From an uncultured Gammaproteobacteria bacterium (GTDB lineage: Bacteria; Patescibacteriota; Patescibacteriia; UBA9934; CAZDDW01): a stretch of 64,000 nucleotides of DNA. The position numbers were made by a program, and so were the translations under genes. The stretch covers positions 686,595 through 750,594 of the forward strand of contig OZ246408.1 in the NCBI GenBank assembly GCA_965231015.1, in the 5' to 3' direction. Below, in pieces: positions 1-9,883 of this stretch. Within the stretch, counting starts at the first letter, position 1; every line of letters starts with the position of its first letter. The notes under the pieces are model-generated. The model saw nothing but the letters and a program-made list of their open reading frames with translations, made no database searches and was not told the DNA's origin.

Positions 1-948
1 CAAAACGAACACCTGGAAGAGCATATCGACGCCCTTACCAAAGCCAAGGTTGATGTTTTGGTTCCTTTTACTGTAGACGAACGGCTGGTTGGATTTATGA
101 TTTTCGGTAAACGCCGGTACGAAAAAATGCTTCGTTCGCGAGACATTAAATTTATTGAGTTAATGCGAAACGCCATCTCCCCTGCCCTTGAAAATGCGGC
201 CAAGTACGCGGAAATAAAAGATTTGTACGCTGAACTGTCTGAACTTGATAAAATCAAATCTGAATTCATTACCGTGGTCTCCCACAGCTTCCGAACCCCT
301 CTTTCAGCTATTCGTTGGAACGTGGAAGAGGTTTTGGATGATTACGCCAAAAGACTTGATAAAGCTGCAAAAAATGCCCTAAACGACGCTCACACCAAGA
401 CTATTTTCCTGATCAAAACCTTGGAACACCTCTTAGAAACCATTGCTTTTGAGTCCCCTGACATGATGCTCCAAAAAAGCATGTTCATGACCAAACCGAC
501 CCTGAAGTCACTTATGTCTACGGTGTCGGAAATCATGAAGAAAAAGAATGTCAACTTCTCATCCAAAGTTTCCAACCTGCCAATTCTGGCTGATAAAAAA
601 CTGCTCACCCAGGTATGTGAGAGCTTGCTCTTAAATGCGGCTCAATACACCCACGCGCACGATACAGTCACTTTTCACCTGTCCCCTGAAGATGGGCACA
701 TAAAAATCGAGGTTAAGGACACAGGAATCGGTATTCCGAAAAAAGACATTGATCGCATTTTTGAAAAGTTCTACCGCGCGAAAAATGCTCGGCTCGTGTA
801 CACGGACGGACAAGGTATGGGTCTATACTTAATCAAACGAATAATCGATATGCACCAGGGGTCAATCAAAGTTGATTCCACTCTTGAGGAGGGTGCTAAA
901 TTTACCCTATTAATTCCTGTAGGCCTAAACGGAAAGAAAAAAAGCTAA
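1..948 (+). CDS. Sensor histidine kinase, C-terminal part (5' end lies upstream of the window)
   Basis: Reading frame is open from nt 1. H-box HSFRTPLSAIRW, N-box LLLNAAQYT and G-boxes DTGIGIP / GQGMGLYLIKRII are present. The ORF stops at 948. Confidence 0.85.
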   Translation, partial: QNEHLEEHIDALTKAKVDVLVPFTVDERLVGFMIFGKRRYEKMLRSRDIKFIELMRNAISPALENAAKYAEIKDLYAELSELDKIKSEFITVVSHSFRTPLSAIRWNVEEVLDDYAKRLDKAAKNALNDAHTKTIFLIKTLEHLLETIAFESPDMMLQKSMFMTKPTLKSLMSTVSEIMKKKNVNFSSKVSNLPILADKKLLTQVCESLLLNAAQYTHAHDTVTFHLSPEDGHIKIEVKDTGIGIPKKDIDRIFEKFYRAKNARLVYTDGQGMGLYLIKRIIDMHQGSIKVDSTLEEGAKFTLLIPVGLNGKKKS

Positions 949-973
949 GCCTGGCCTAATTTTATACACATAA

Positions 974-999
974 GCTCCTCTTTCTAAAGCGGAGCTTAT
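974..999 (+). terminator. Hairpin between kinase and regulator genes (possible attenuator/terminator)
   Basis: Stem aagctcc ... ggagctt followed by a U-poor tail. Weak as a terminator. Confidence 0.3.
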
Positions 1000-1018
1000 T
1001 TGATATAGTAAGGTCACT

Positions 1019-1402
1019 ATGTCTACCAAATCTGCAAAAAAAATCCTCCTTGTCGAGGATGACGAAATGTTACACAAAGTTTTGTCAGAACGCTTAAAAA
1101 AAGAGGGGGTTGAAATTCAGGTGGCAACCGATGGTGAGCAGGCTATTACCAAAGCCGAATCCTTCTCACCTGACCTGATCCTGCTCGATATCATTTTGCC
1201 AAAAAAAAGTGGTTTTGAGGTTCTTCAAGAACTGCGCAGTAGATCCAAATTCAAAAAAACTCCGGTTGTGATTTTGTCAAACCTCGGCCAAGAAGAAGAT
1301 ATTGCTCAAATGAAAAAACTCGGTGTGAAAGAGTATCTGGTCAAGGCTGATTTTTCTTTAACAGAAATGACCAACAAAATCAAAGAACATCTTGACAAAT
1401 AA
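1019..1402 (+). CDS. Single-domain response regulator (CheY-like receiver)
   Basis: 127 aa. Receiver motifs LLVEDDE ... DLILLDIILPKKSGFEVL ... K, with no output domain. It sits 5 nt upstream of the pilB start. Confidence 0.85.
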   Translation: MSTKSAKKILLVEDDEMLHKVLSERLKKEGVEIQVATDGEQAITKAESFSPDLILLDIILPKKSGFEVLQELRSRSKFKKTPVVILSNLGQEEDIAQMKKLGVKEYLVKADFSLTEMTNKIKEHLDK

Positions 1403-1407
1403 TTGTT

Positions 1408-3102
1408 ATGTCACTCAAAGAAAACAAATACAAAGAAATACTGGTTGATTACGATCTAATCTCGCAGGCAGAATACGACAAAGTCCTAAAAATATCTAAA
1501 GAAACTGAACGACCTTTGGAAGCAGTATTAGTTGATCAGGGTCATTTTACTGATCAACAGATTGGTAAACTAATTGCCAATGCTTACGAAGCAAAATTTG
1601 TTGACCTTAATAAAATTGAAATTGACCCAAAAGCCATTCAGGATATTCCTGAAATTTTTGCAAAAAAACAGAGCATTATTTCTTACGGTTGGAAAAACGG
1701 GGTTCGCCAAGTAGCCATGAATGATCCACACAACCTGGAACTGATTGATTTTGTGGAAAAGAAAATTGGTGAACAGGTTGATGTCTCTTACACCACTCCC
1801 GGTTTGATCGAACAGGCCTTTGCTGCTTATAGCACTAACGTGGCTGTAAAAATTCTTGATATCAGCAAAGAGTTTGCCAAGCTGGTTGGTAAAAGCAAGC
1901 CCTCACAAAAGGAAAGAGACCGTATGGAAGAGCTGATTGTCACCGTAACAGATCAATTGCTCAACTACGGCTATGACAACAAGGCTTCTGATATTCATAT
2001 TGAACCGCGAGAGAGTGATTTTTTGGTGCGTTACCGCGTAGACGGTATTTTGCACGATGAATTTGTGATGCCAAAGAAAATGCATAACGCCATTGTTTCG
2101 CGTATTAAGATTCTCTCAAACCTGCGCACGGATGAACACCTGGCTGCCCAGGATGGCAAATTCCGTTTCCGAGTTGGCAGTGATAAGATTGATGTACGTG
2201 TTTCGATCTTGCCGGTTGTCAACGGAGAAAAAGTGGTCATGCGACTGCTTGCTGAAAAAGGCCAACAGTACACATTAGAAAACATTGGTCTGGCTAAACT
2301 TGACATGGAGCGCGTGCGTGAGGCCGCTGAAAAACCGTACGGCATGATTCTTGTGACCGGTCCTACCGGAAGTGGTAAAACCACCACTCTCTACACCGTG
2401 CTCAAACTATTAAACACCCGCGACGTTAATATTTCCACTATTGAGGATCCGGTGGAGTATGACATTGCCGGGGTAAATCAAATTCAAGTTAATGAACGCA
2501 CCAATCTAACCTTTGCCGCTGGTCTGCGTTCTATTGTTCGTCAAGACCCGGACATTATCATGGTAGGTGAGATTCGTGATGAAGAAACCGCAGGGATCGC
2601 TGTTAACTCGGCCATGACCGGACACTTGGTTTTATCCACTCTTCACACCAACGATGCTCCAACCGCTCTGCCACGTTTGCTGGACATGGACGTGGAGCCG
2701 TTTTTGATTGCCTCATCAGTCAACGTGATTGTAGCTCAACGATTGGTTAGAAAAATTTGTCCCAACTGTATTACCAGCACATCTTTGAACGTAGAAAAAC
2801 TAAAAAAAGCTGTTTCTCCGGAAGTTTACAAACAATACTTTGGCTCAAAGAAAAATGCCCGCGTGTTCAAGGGCAAAGGCTGTGATCTGTGTCACCATTC
2901 CGGCTACACCGGACGAACCGGTATTTTTGAAGTTCTTACTATTTCCAGCCACATCCGAAAACTAATCATGGAACGAGCTAATGCGGAAGAAATCAAAGAA
3001 GCGGCCATGAAAGAAGGAATGACCACCATGATTGAAGACGGAATTAAAAAAATGATTGAAGGTGTGACCACTCTAGATGAAGTATTACGCGTTGTAAAGT
3101 AA
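1408..3102 (+). CDS. pilB: Type IV pilus assembly ATPase PilB/GspE family
   Basis: 564 aa. Walker A GPTGSGKTTT, Asp-box, His-box and a tetracysteine CPNC...CDLC motif typical of GspE/PilB. Confidence 0.9.
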   Translation: MSLKENKYKEILVDYDLISQAEYDKVLKISKETERPLEAVLVDQGHFTDQQIGKLIANAYEAKFVDLNKIEIDPKAIQDIPEIFAKKQSIISYGWKNGVRQVAMNDPHNLELIDFVEKKIGEQVDVSYTTPGLIEQAFAAYSTNVAVKILDISKEFAKLVGKSKPSQKERDRMEELIVTVTDQLLNYGYDNKASDIHIEPRESDFLVRYRVDGILHDEFVMPKKMHNAIVSRIKILSNLRTDEHLAAQDGKFRFRVGSDKIDVRVSILPVVNGEKVVMRLLAEKGQQYTLENIGLAKLDMERVREAAEKPYGMILVTGPTGSGKTTTLYTVLKLLNTRDVNISTIEDPVEYDIAGVNQIQVNERTNLTFAAGLRSIVRQDPDIIMVGEIRDEETAGIAVNSAMTGHLVLSTLHTNDAPTALPRLLDMDVEPFLIASSVNVIVAQRLVRKICPNCITSTSLNVEKLKKAVSPEVYKQYFGSKKNARVFKGKGCDLCHHSGYTGRTGIFEVLTISSHIRKLIMERANAEEIKEAAMKEGMTTMIEDGIKKMIEGVTTLDEVLRVVK

Positions 3103-3212
3103 ATTTTCAATTTAACAATTTACAATTTTCGATTTAAACACCAATGATCAATTGATAACTGAACCTTGATCATTAAATGAAAACTGAAAATTGAAAACTG
3201 ATCATTATATTT

Positions 3213-4403
3213 ATGCGTTACGTTTACACTGTCGCTGATAAAAAAGGCGAAAAAAAGCACGGTGTCATAGAGGCGGACGACAGGAAAAAAGCTATTGCAG
3301 AATTGAAACGGTCGGGCAAGACCATAATTTTCTTATCAGCCGAAACCAAGAAAATAATTCTCTATCTCCCCTACGTTTCCAGCTTTGAAAAAATGGCCAT
3401 GACTAAACACCTGGCTATCATGCTTAAAGCCGGTTTGACCCTGGACGCCACCATGAAAACCCTGATCCTTCAGTTCACAGGGAAACTGCGGAGTGTTTTA
3501 GACGATGTTTACGACAGTATTGAAGCTGGTTCAGGATTAGCCGAAGCTATGGCCCAACACCCGCGTGTGTTCAACGACTACTTTGTAAACATGGTAAAAG
3601 CCGGTGAATCAAGTGGTAATCTACCGGAGAATCTGGAACGTTTAGCCGACCGGTTAAGCAAAGACCATGAACTGAAACAAAAAGTGGTCAGTGCTATGTT
3701 TTATCCGACCATGGTTTTTGCTCTCACCCTGGCGCTTGCTTTATCCATTTCTTTATTTGTACTTCCTCGCCTGACCGGACTTTTTAAAGCTTTTGACTTT
3801 GAGCTTCCGTTAACCACTAAAATCATGCTGGTCTTTTCCAACTTTATGGCCAACCATGGTGTTTTAGCGGCCATGATTGTTATTATCGGCATCCCAACCT
3901 TCATTTTTGTTTTAAGACTAAAGCCGGTCCGACCGTTTTCCCATGCCCTGTATCTTAAGCTGCCTCTGATCAACAAACTGATCATGGATATTAATTTGGC
4001 TCGTTTTTCCATTATTTTGTCCTCCCTTTTGGAAAGCGGTTTACCAATTGATAAGGCGGTTAAAATCTGTCGGGACGTTATTGGAAACTACCGCTACAAA
4101 GCGGCTATTCAACGTTTAAACGAAGGAATTGTCACCGGAAAACCGGCCTCTGATGTTTTGTCTGAATTTCAAAGTATTTTCCCACCGTTTGTGGTGCAAA
4201 TGATTGCTTCCGGTGAAGAATCAGGGAAACTCGAAGACATGTTGTCATACCTTGGAGAATTCTATGAAAAAGAACTGGATAATAAACTTAAAAACCTTTC
4301 CACCATCGTTGAACCGGGTCTATTAATAATCATTGGTTTAATGGTGGCCTTTACGGCCATTGCCATTATCACTCCGGTTTACAACTTTATTGGAGAAATT
4401 TAA
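3213..4403 (+). CDS. pilC: Type IV pilus platform protein PilC/GspF family
   Basis: 396 aa with two GspF-type repeats and three TM segments. It lies immediately downstream of pilB. Confidence 0.85.
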   Translation: MRYVYTVADKKGEKKHGVIEADDRKKAIAELKRSGKTIIFLSAETKKIILYLPYVSSFEKMAMTKHLAIMLKAGLTLDATMKTLILQFTGKLRSVLDDVYDSIEAGSGLAEAMAQHPRVFNDYFVNMVKAGESSGNLPENLERLADRLSKDHELKQKVVSAMFYPTMVFALTLALALSISLFVLPRLTGLFKAFDFELPLTTKIMLVFSNFMANHGVLAAMIVIIGIPTFIFVLRLKPVRPFSHALYLKLPLINKLIMDINLARFSIILSSLLESGLPIDKAVKICRDVIGNYRYKAAIQRLNEGIVTGKPASDVLSEFQSIFPPFVVQMIASGEESGKLEDMLSYLGEFYEKELDNKLKNLSTIVEPGLLIIIGLMVAFTAIAIITPVYNFIGEI

Positions 4404-4405
4404 TT

Positions 4406-4888
4406 ATGTTCTTTTCGCTTGGCAAAACCAAGCCCGCACGTGACGGTTTTACCCTTTCCGAAACACTTTTAGTGGTCAGTATCATTGTCTTACTGGCTAT
4501 TTTAGCGATTCCGGTATATACGAACTTTTACCACAAGTATCAATTGGACACCGCTTCTCATGACACTCTACAGTTCTTGCGGGTCGCTCAAGTTAATGCC
4601 ATGGCCAGCCGTGGTCATGACGAATATGGGCTCCGGATTGTCTCCGGAGACGGCGGTTCAATTGAAATCTTTAAAGGGCCGAGTTATGCGGGTCGAGATA
4701 CTTCATTTGAAGGAGAGATTATCAACTTTCCCTCGAATGTAAATATCTCTGAAACCGTGGTTGGATCAGACATTGTCTTTACTCGTGTAGAAGGATCAAC
4801 CCCAGACACCGGAACTATCACACTTTATAACCAAGCTGACACTAAAATAATTTCTATTTATGAAACCGGGCTGGTGGAACTTGACTAA
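4406..4888 (+). CDS. Prepilin-type (pseudopilin/minor pilin) protein
   Basis: N-terminus MFFSLGKTKPARDG|FTLSETLLVVSIIVLLAIL is a class III signal with Glu at +5 after the cleavage Gly. Confidence 0.8.
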   Translation: MFFSLGKTKPARDGFTLSETLLVVSIIVLLAILAIPVYTNFYHKYQLDTASHDTLQFLRVAQVNAMASRGHDEYGLRIVSGDGGSIEIFKGPSYAGRDTSFEGEIINFPSNVNISETVVGSDIVFTRVEGSTPDTGTITLYNQADTKIISIYETGLVELD

Positions 4889-7800
4889 ATACCGACACGG
4901 ATCGGTTATGATTGAGGCCCTGATGGCGGTCGCGATTTTTGGTATTGGGGCGTCCAGTATTGTGTATTTGATTCTCGGCTCCCTGGAAACCACTCGTTCG
5001 GGTTCAGACTACACCGCAGCCCAAGAATACTTAAACGAGGGCTGGGAAGCCACCCGTTCAATTGGTACCAACAACTATAATGCCCTTGAGATTAGCCCGA
5101 CGACCTTTGGAGTTGATGACACTTCCGGGGAATGGGTTTTTTCCGGCACCAGCAATACGGATGGATATTTTACTCGCACTATCGATATCAATCCGGTTTA
5201 CCGAGATGCTTTGGGTGATATTGCTCCAACCGGAACCATTGACATTAATCTGCGCGAAATCATTGTTAATGTCTCCTGGTACGAAACTCCAACCAAACAA
5301 CGAAGTGTTTTTTCAACTTTTTATTTTTCTAACTGGGACTCTGACTCCTGGTTTGAAGACACGGAAGCTGACTTTTCTGACGGTACGTTTACGAGCACTG
5401 AAACAACTCTGCATGATGACGGAGAGGTTGCCCTAGAAGCCATCGGAGGCGGATCAGATGATTGGGGCTGCGTAGAGCAAACCTTGACTTATGATATCTC
5501 AGGAACAGCTGACTATAATGACCTTGATGTTGTTGATAATACTTTGTATATGGTTCGTGAATCAGACACCGGTCCGGAACTCGTAATTTATGACGTAAGC
5601 ACCCCGGATAGCCCCAGCCTGCTCGGCTCCATGGACTTAACCACTACGGGTAACGCTATTAAGGTAGATGATGGTTACGCCTACATTGCCTCGATTCATA
5701 ACAGTTATGAATTAGGAGTGATTGATGTATCTGATCCGGCGGCACCTTTTTTGGCTGGTGGGTATGATGCGGCCGGAACCGCTAATGGTAGTGATGTGTA
5801 TGTAGATGGTGATCGAGTATATCTTGCTCGAGAAAGCAGTGCCGCAGATGAATTCTTTATTTTGAACGTTGCCACTCCATCCACACCGGTTTTTGTTGGT
5901 TCTTATGATGTTGGAGACACGGTTGAGGGACTGGTTGTTGATACCACCAATGATGTGGCATTTTTGGCCACCCGTGGTGATGCTCGTGAACTCACTGCGG
6001 TCAATATCTCTACCGAAACCTCACCCGTGCTTCACAGTGAGTATGATATACCGGGTATTGATAACGCTACTGACGTAGCTCTCGATGACACACTTAACTA
6101 CGCCATTGTCACACGCACCACGGATACTGGTTCAGAAATTTTTGTAGTTAACGTTAGTGATCCTACCAACATTACTGCTGAGACTGATTTAGAAGCGGAC
6201 CGAGACGCCATCGGGGTTTATGTTGATGGAGATTATGCTTTGGTGGTTACCAATGACCCGGGATACGGCTTAATCACCATTGATTTTTCCAATCCTGCCA
6301 CAGCCACCACTTTAAGCACAATAGACATTGACGGTGACGCCAACGCGGTGATTGCCGCGGACAATCACCGTATATACGTAGCCACCGGTAATGATTCAGG
6401 TGAACTAATGGTATACAAAGCCGGCGGAGGGTGGGCTTGCCCAAGTTTTGTGGGGAATTATGACGACACCGCAGGAACTGACGCGGTACGACTTGATCTT
6501 GTGGGTGATACTCTTTACTTGACCAAAGAAAGTTCAGGTAATGACGAATTGGTTATTTTGGACGTCACTGACCGCTCCTCCCCTTCCCTGCTTGGCTCCA
6601 TTGATATTGGAGACACAATTTTTGATATAGATGTCGAAGGAAACTACGCTTACTTGGCCACGAATGGGGACGAGCTGGTCATTGTTGACGTTTCTAATCC
6701 AAGCTCGTTGTCTATTGCAGGAACCTTTGACGCCACCGGTGGAGCCGATGGTTACGCGGTAGTGGTCAACGCTGACCGAGCCTATTTGGGACGCAACAGC
6801 AGTAGCAGTGATGAATTATATATCATAGACGTTTCCAACCCGGCCGCACCTGTGGAACTGGATTCTTTTGATGCCGGTGATGACGTCAATGGCCTTGCTT
6901 ACTCCGGTGGGTATGTTTATCTAGCTTCCGACCATAATACTTACACTTTTGAAAACTATGACGTCTCTTTCGATACGTGGAGCTGGGTAGACTATATCCA
7001 ATATCCAACCAACCTGCGCGACGTTTATGTCAATGGTAATTATGCCTATGTGGTGGGCGAAGATAATCCGGGAAATGAATTCTTCATTATTGATATCACA
7101 GACCCAACCAATTATTCTGAGGTTGGTTCAGCAGAAATAAACGAGGACAGTTACGAAGTTTGGAGCGACGGGAACTATGCTTTCTTAAGCGCGCATATAA
7201 CTGACCAGGAAATCATGATTTATGACGTCTCCAATCCAACCGGCCCGTCTTTTGTTCAAAGTTATGACATAAGTGGCGGAACCTATGACGTTTTTGGAAT
7301 TGAAGGAGACGGAAGTTATTTATATGCTTCCGGTGAATCTGATGATCAGGAACTCATCATATTAGAGCCATACGTCAGCTCTGGCCTGGCGGACACATAT
7401 ATCCATGATAGCTTGGCAGAATTTAATGGCAGTTATTCTGATACACAGTGGAACACGGACCACCTTGAACTTGATGCCACCGGCATCACAAACGGAACTG
7501 GTACCTACACCTCCCCAATCATAGACTCTGGTCAAGCTGACTCGGCCTGGGGTGACTTGGCCTGGACCGAAGAGCTTAATAATTCACCGGATCTGCGTAT
7601 GGAAGCTGGTAGTACCACAGCTACGAGTAGCTACAGCACGGTTACCCTACAAAACACCTACGAAAATCCCGTTGTGGTTCCCTTCTATTTCGAAAGTAAT
7701 AACGCTGACCCGGTTTCGGTTCGTTTGGACAATATTACCAGTACCAGTTTCGATCTGAAGCTTCAAGAACCGGACGGGACTACTCCTTCTTCAGACACGG

Positions 7801-9881
7801 TTCACTATTTCGTAATTGAATCCGGCGCTTTTGAATTACCTGACGGTACCCTGATTGAAGCCGGAACTTATGACAGCAGTACGGTAGCTTCTAAAGCCAA
7901 CGGATGGAACGGTGATAATATCAACTTCACCCAAGCCTTCACTTCTGCTCCAGTAGTTATGCATGCGGTTCAAACCGAAAACGACAGCACCTGGATTTCC
8001 AGTTTCATTTCCGCTCAAGGTAGCCAAAACAACCCGCCAACCTCCACCGGTTTTCAGATTGCCATGAACGGAGCCGAGGCAGTTAATAGTCATGACCCGG
8101 AAACTCTGGGTTGGGTGGCTTTTGAGACCGCCACCGGTTTGATTGATGGAACAGCCTACGAATTTGTTAACAACGGAGATGGCACTACCGGACACGCTAA
8201 CGGTTGTACTGTTAAAAATTTCTCCAACTCCTACTCTTCCCCACCTCTGGTTATTGCTGACCAGCAAGAAATGGATGGTGGTGATGGAGGGTGGCTGGTT
8301 GGCTGTTCAGGCCCAACTTCTTCGAATTACGGCGAACATGTTGAAGAAGACACGGTTGGTGACACTGACCGAGGTCATACCGGTGAAACCACGGCCTACA
8401 TTGCTTTTGAAAGCGCGTTCGATTTTGAACAATCAACTTCGAGTAATCCTTTGCGCCTTGAGGTTGGCTCAACGTCTGTAACCTCGGCTTTCAACACGGT
8501 CAACCTACAACTTTCCTACACTGATCTGGTAGTTATTCCTTTCCATATGGAAAGCTCTAATACCATTCCCGTTTCTACTCGCATCACTAATATCACCTCC
8601 AACAGTTTTGACATTAAACTCGACAACCCATCGGGCAGTACTCCTTCCAGTGAAACAGTTTATTACATTGTAGCCGAGACCGGTATCTACACTTTGCCCG
8701 GAGGAAGTATTCTTGAAGTATTTAAAGCTGACACCAGCCAGGTTAGTTCGTCCGGAGCCGGCTGGAGCGGCACCAACTACAACTACGTCAGCAGCTTTGC
8801 TTCAACTCCGGTTGTTTTACACCATGTTCAAACCAACAATGACCCGGCCTGGATTTACTCTTATGTTTCCGAACAAGGCACGGCCACCAACCCTCCGACA
8901 GCTACTGGTTTCCAATACTCTCTTAACGGTGCTGAGGTCACCAATTCCCACGGATCTGAAACCATTGGTTTTATTATTCTGGAACAGGGTACGGGCAATA
9001 TTACCGGAATCGATTTTGAAAACACGGTTCACAGCAATAACACCCGTGGTCACGATGATGGTTGTTACACCCAAACTTATTCCGGTTTTTTCTTCCCTGC
9101 TCCGCTCGTAATTGCCAAACAGCAGGGTATGGCCGGACCTAACGGCGGATGGTTAGTGGGTTGCTCGGGTCCAAGTTCTTTCAACTACGGAGCTCATGTT
9201 GAAGAAGATCAGGTTGGAGACGGGGAAAGAAACCACACCGACGAATACACGGCTAGCTCTATTTTTGAAGCCGCTTTCGATTACGAAGAGGCTGAAAATG
9301 ATCTTGTCTTCCAGGTTCGTTCTTGTGATGACGCCGGTTGTGTCGGTGAATCATTTATGGGTCCGGACGGCACCAGTGGTACCTACTACACCACTCCTGA
9401 CGGCGAGGCGTTAAATGTTGCTGAAAACCAATATTTCCAATATCAGGTCACCTTTACATCCGGTGATGGCGCCACTACTCCGGAACTGTATGACGTCACT
9501 TTTGACTTTGGTCCTGGCGGTGGAGGCGGCGGCGGATCCTACGAAACCGCCGGCACTTACCGTTCGAACGCTTATGACGCAGGTGGAACCGCTAATTGGA
9601 ACACCCTTGAATGGACCGAAGAGGTCACGGGTTGCGGTACTTGTGACATTAAGGTGCAGATTCGCACCGCAACCACACCCGGTGGCCTATCCGGAGAACT
9701 TTGGCAGGGTCCAGAAGGTAAAGATGGTGATGAAACCGACTTCTTCACTGGCCCGTCCGGCGACCTGATCCATCCGGATCATAACGGAGACCAGTGGATC
9801 CAGTATCTAGTAACCCTGACCGGAGATGGCACTACTACCCCGTATTTTGAAGATATCTTTATCACTTACACCAACTACTAA
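4860..9881 (+). CDS. Giant pilin-headed surface protein (1673 aa) with LVIVD beta-propeller repeats and an internal tandem 286-aa duplication
   Basis: The N-terminus ...RHG|SVMIEALMAVAIFGIG is prepilin-like, with Glu at +5. About 14 LVIVD-type repeats (ELVIYDVSTP, EFFILNVATP, ELVIVDVSNP, ELYIIDVSNP, EIMIYDVSNP ...) span roughly nt 5500-7380. Two tandem 286-aa units (7593-8450 and 8451-9308) are about 50% identical. A G7 run lies at ~9511-9540. The first 29 nt overlap the upstream gene. Confidence 0.75.
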   Translation: MKPGWWNLTKYRHGSVMIEALMAVAIFGIGASSIVYLILGSLETTRSGSDYTAAQEYLNEGWEATRSIGTNNYNALEISPTTFGVDDTSGEWVFSGTSNTDGYFTRTIDINPVYRDALGDIAPTGTIDINLREIIVNVSWYETPTKQRSVFSTFYFSNWDSDSWFEDTEADFSDGTFTSTETTLHDDGEVALEAIGGGSDDWGCVEQTLTYDISGTADYNDLDVVDNTLYMVRESDTGPELVIYDVSTPDSPSLLGSMDLTTTGNAIKVDDGYAYIASIHNSYELGVIDVSDPAAPFLAGGYDAAGTANGSDVYVDGDRVYLARESSAADEFFILNVATPSTPVFVGSYDVGDTVEGLVVDTTNDVAFLATRGDARELTAVNISTETSPVLHSEYDIPGIDNATDVALDDTLNYAIVTRTTDTGSEIFVVNVSDPTNITAETDLEADRDAIGVYVDGDYALVVTNDPGYGLITIDFSNPATATTLSTIDIDGDANAVIAADNHRIYVATGNDSGELMVYKAGGGWACPSFVGNYDDTAGTDAVRLDLVGDTLYLTKESSGNDELVILDVTDRSSPSLLGSIDIGDTIFDIDVEGNYAYLATNGDELVIVDVSNPSSLSIAGTFDATGGADGYAVVVNADRAYLGRNSSSSDELYIIDVSNPAAPVELDSFDAGDDVNGLAYSGGYVYLASDHNTYTFENYDVSFDTWSWVDYIQYPTNLRDVYVNGNYAYVVGEDNPGNEFFIIDITDPTNYSEVGSAEINEDSYEVWSDGNYAFLSAHITDQEIMIYDVSNPTGPSFVQSYDISGGTYDVFGIEGDGSYLYASGESDDQELIILEPYVSSGLADTYIHDSLAEFNGSYSDTQWNTDHLELDATGITNGTGTYTSPIIDSGQADSAWGDLAWTEELNNSPDLRMEAGSTTATSSYSTVTLQNTYENPVVVPFYFESNNADPVSVRLDNITSTSFDLKLQEPDGTTPSSDTVHYFVIESGAFELPDGTLIEAGTYDSSTVASKANGWNGDNINFTQAFTSAPVVMHAVQTENDSTWISSFISAQGSQNNPPTSTGFQIAMNGAEAVNSHDPETLGWVAFETATGLIDGTAYEFVNNGDGTTGHANGCTVKNFSNSYSSPPLVIADQQEMDGGDGGWLVGCSGPTSSNYGEHVEEDTVGDTDRGHTGETTAYIAFESAFDFEQSTSSNPLRLEVGSTSVTSAFNTVNLQLSYTDLVVIPFHMESSNTIPVSTRITNITSNSFDIKLDNPSGSTPSSETVYYIVAETGIYTLPGGSILEVFKADTSQVSSSGAGWSGTNYNYVSSFASTPVVLHHVQTNNDPAWIYSYVSEQGTATNPPTATGFQYSLNGAEVTNSHGSETIGFIILEQGTGNITGIDFENTVHSNNTRGHDDGCYTQTYSGFFFPAPLVIAKQQGMAGPNGGWLVGCSGPSSFNYGAHVEEDQVGDGERNHTDEYTASSIFEAAFDYEEAENDLVFQVRSCDDAGCVGESFMGPDGTSGTYYTTPDGEALNVAENQYFQYQVTFTSGDGATTPELYDVTFDFGPGGGGGGGSYETAGTYRSNAYDAGGTANWNTLEWTEEVTGCGTCDIKVQIRTATTPGGLSGELWQGPEGKDGDETDFFTGPSGDLIHPDHNGDQWIQYLVTLTGDGTTTPYFEDIFITYTNY

Positions 9882-9883
9882 AT

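Noticed and set aside
2031-2387. 118-aa antisense ORF inside pilB (and many similar 60-140-aa ORFs on the opposite strand of long genes, e.g. 5058-5300, 7836-8267, 24055-24471, 28589-29038, 43555-44082)
   Set aside because: They lie entirely within strongly supported genes on the other strand. They have no RBS, and their composition mirrors the sense gene. They are shadow ORFs.
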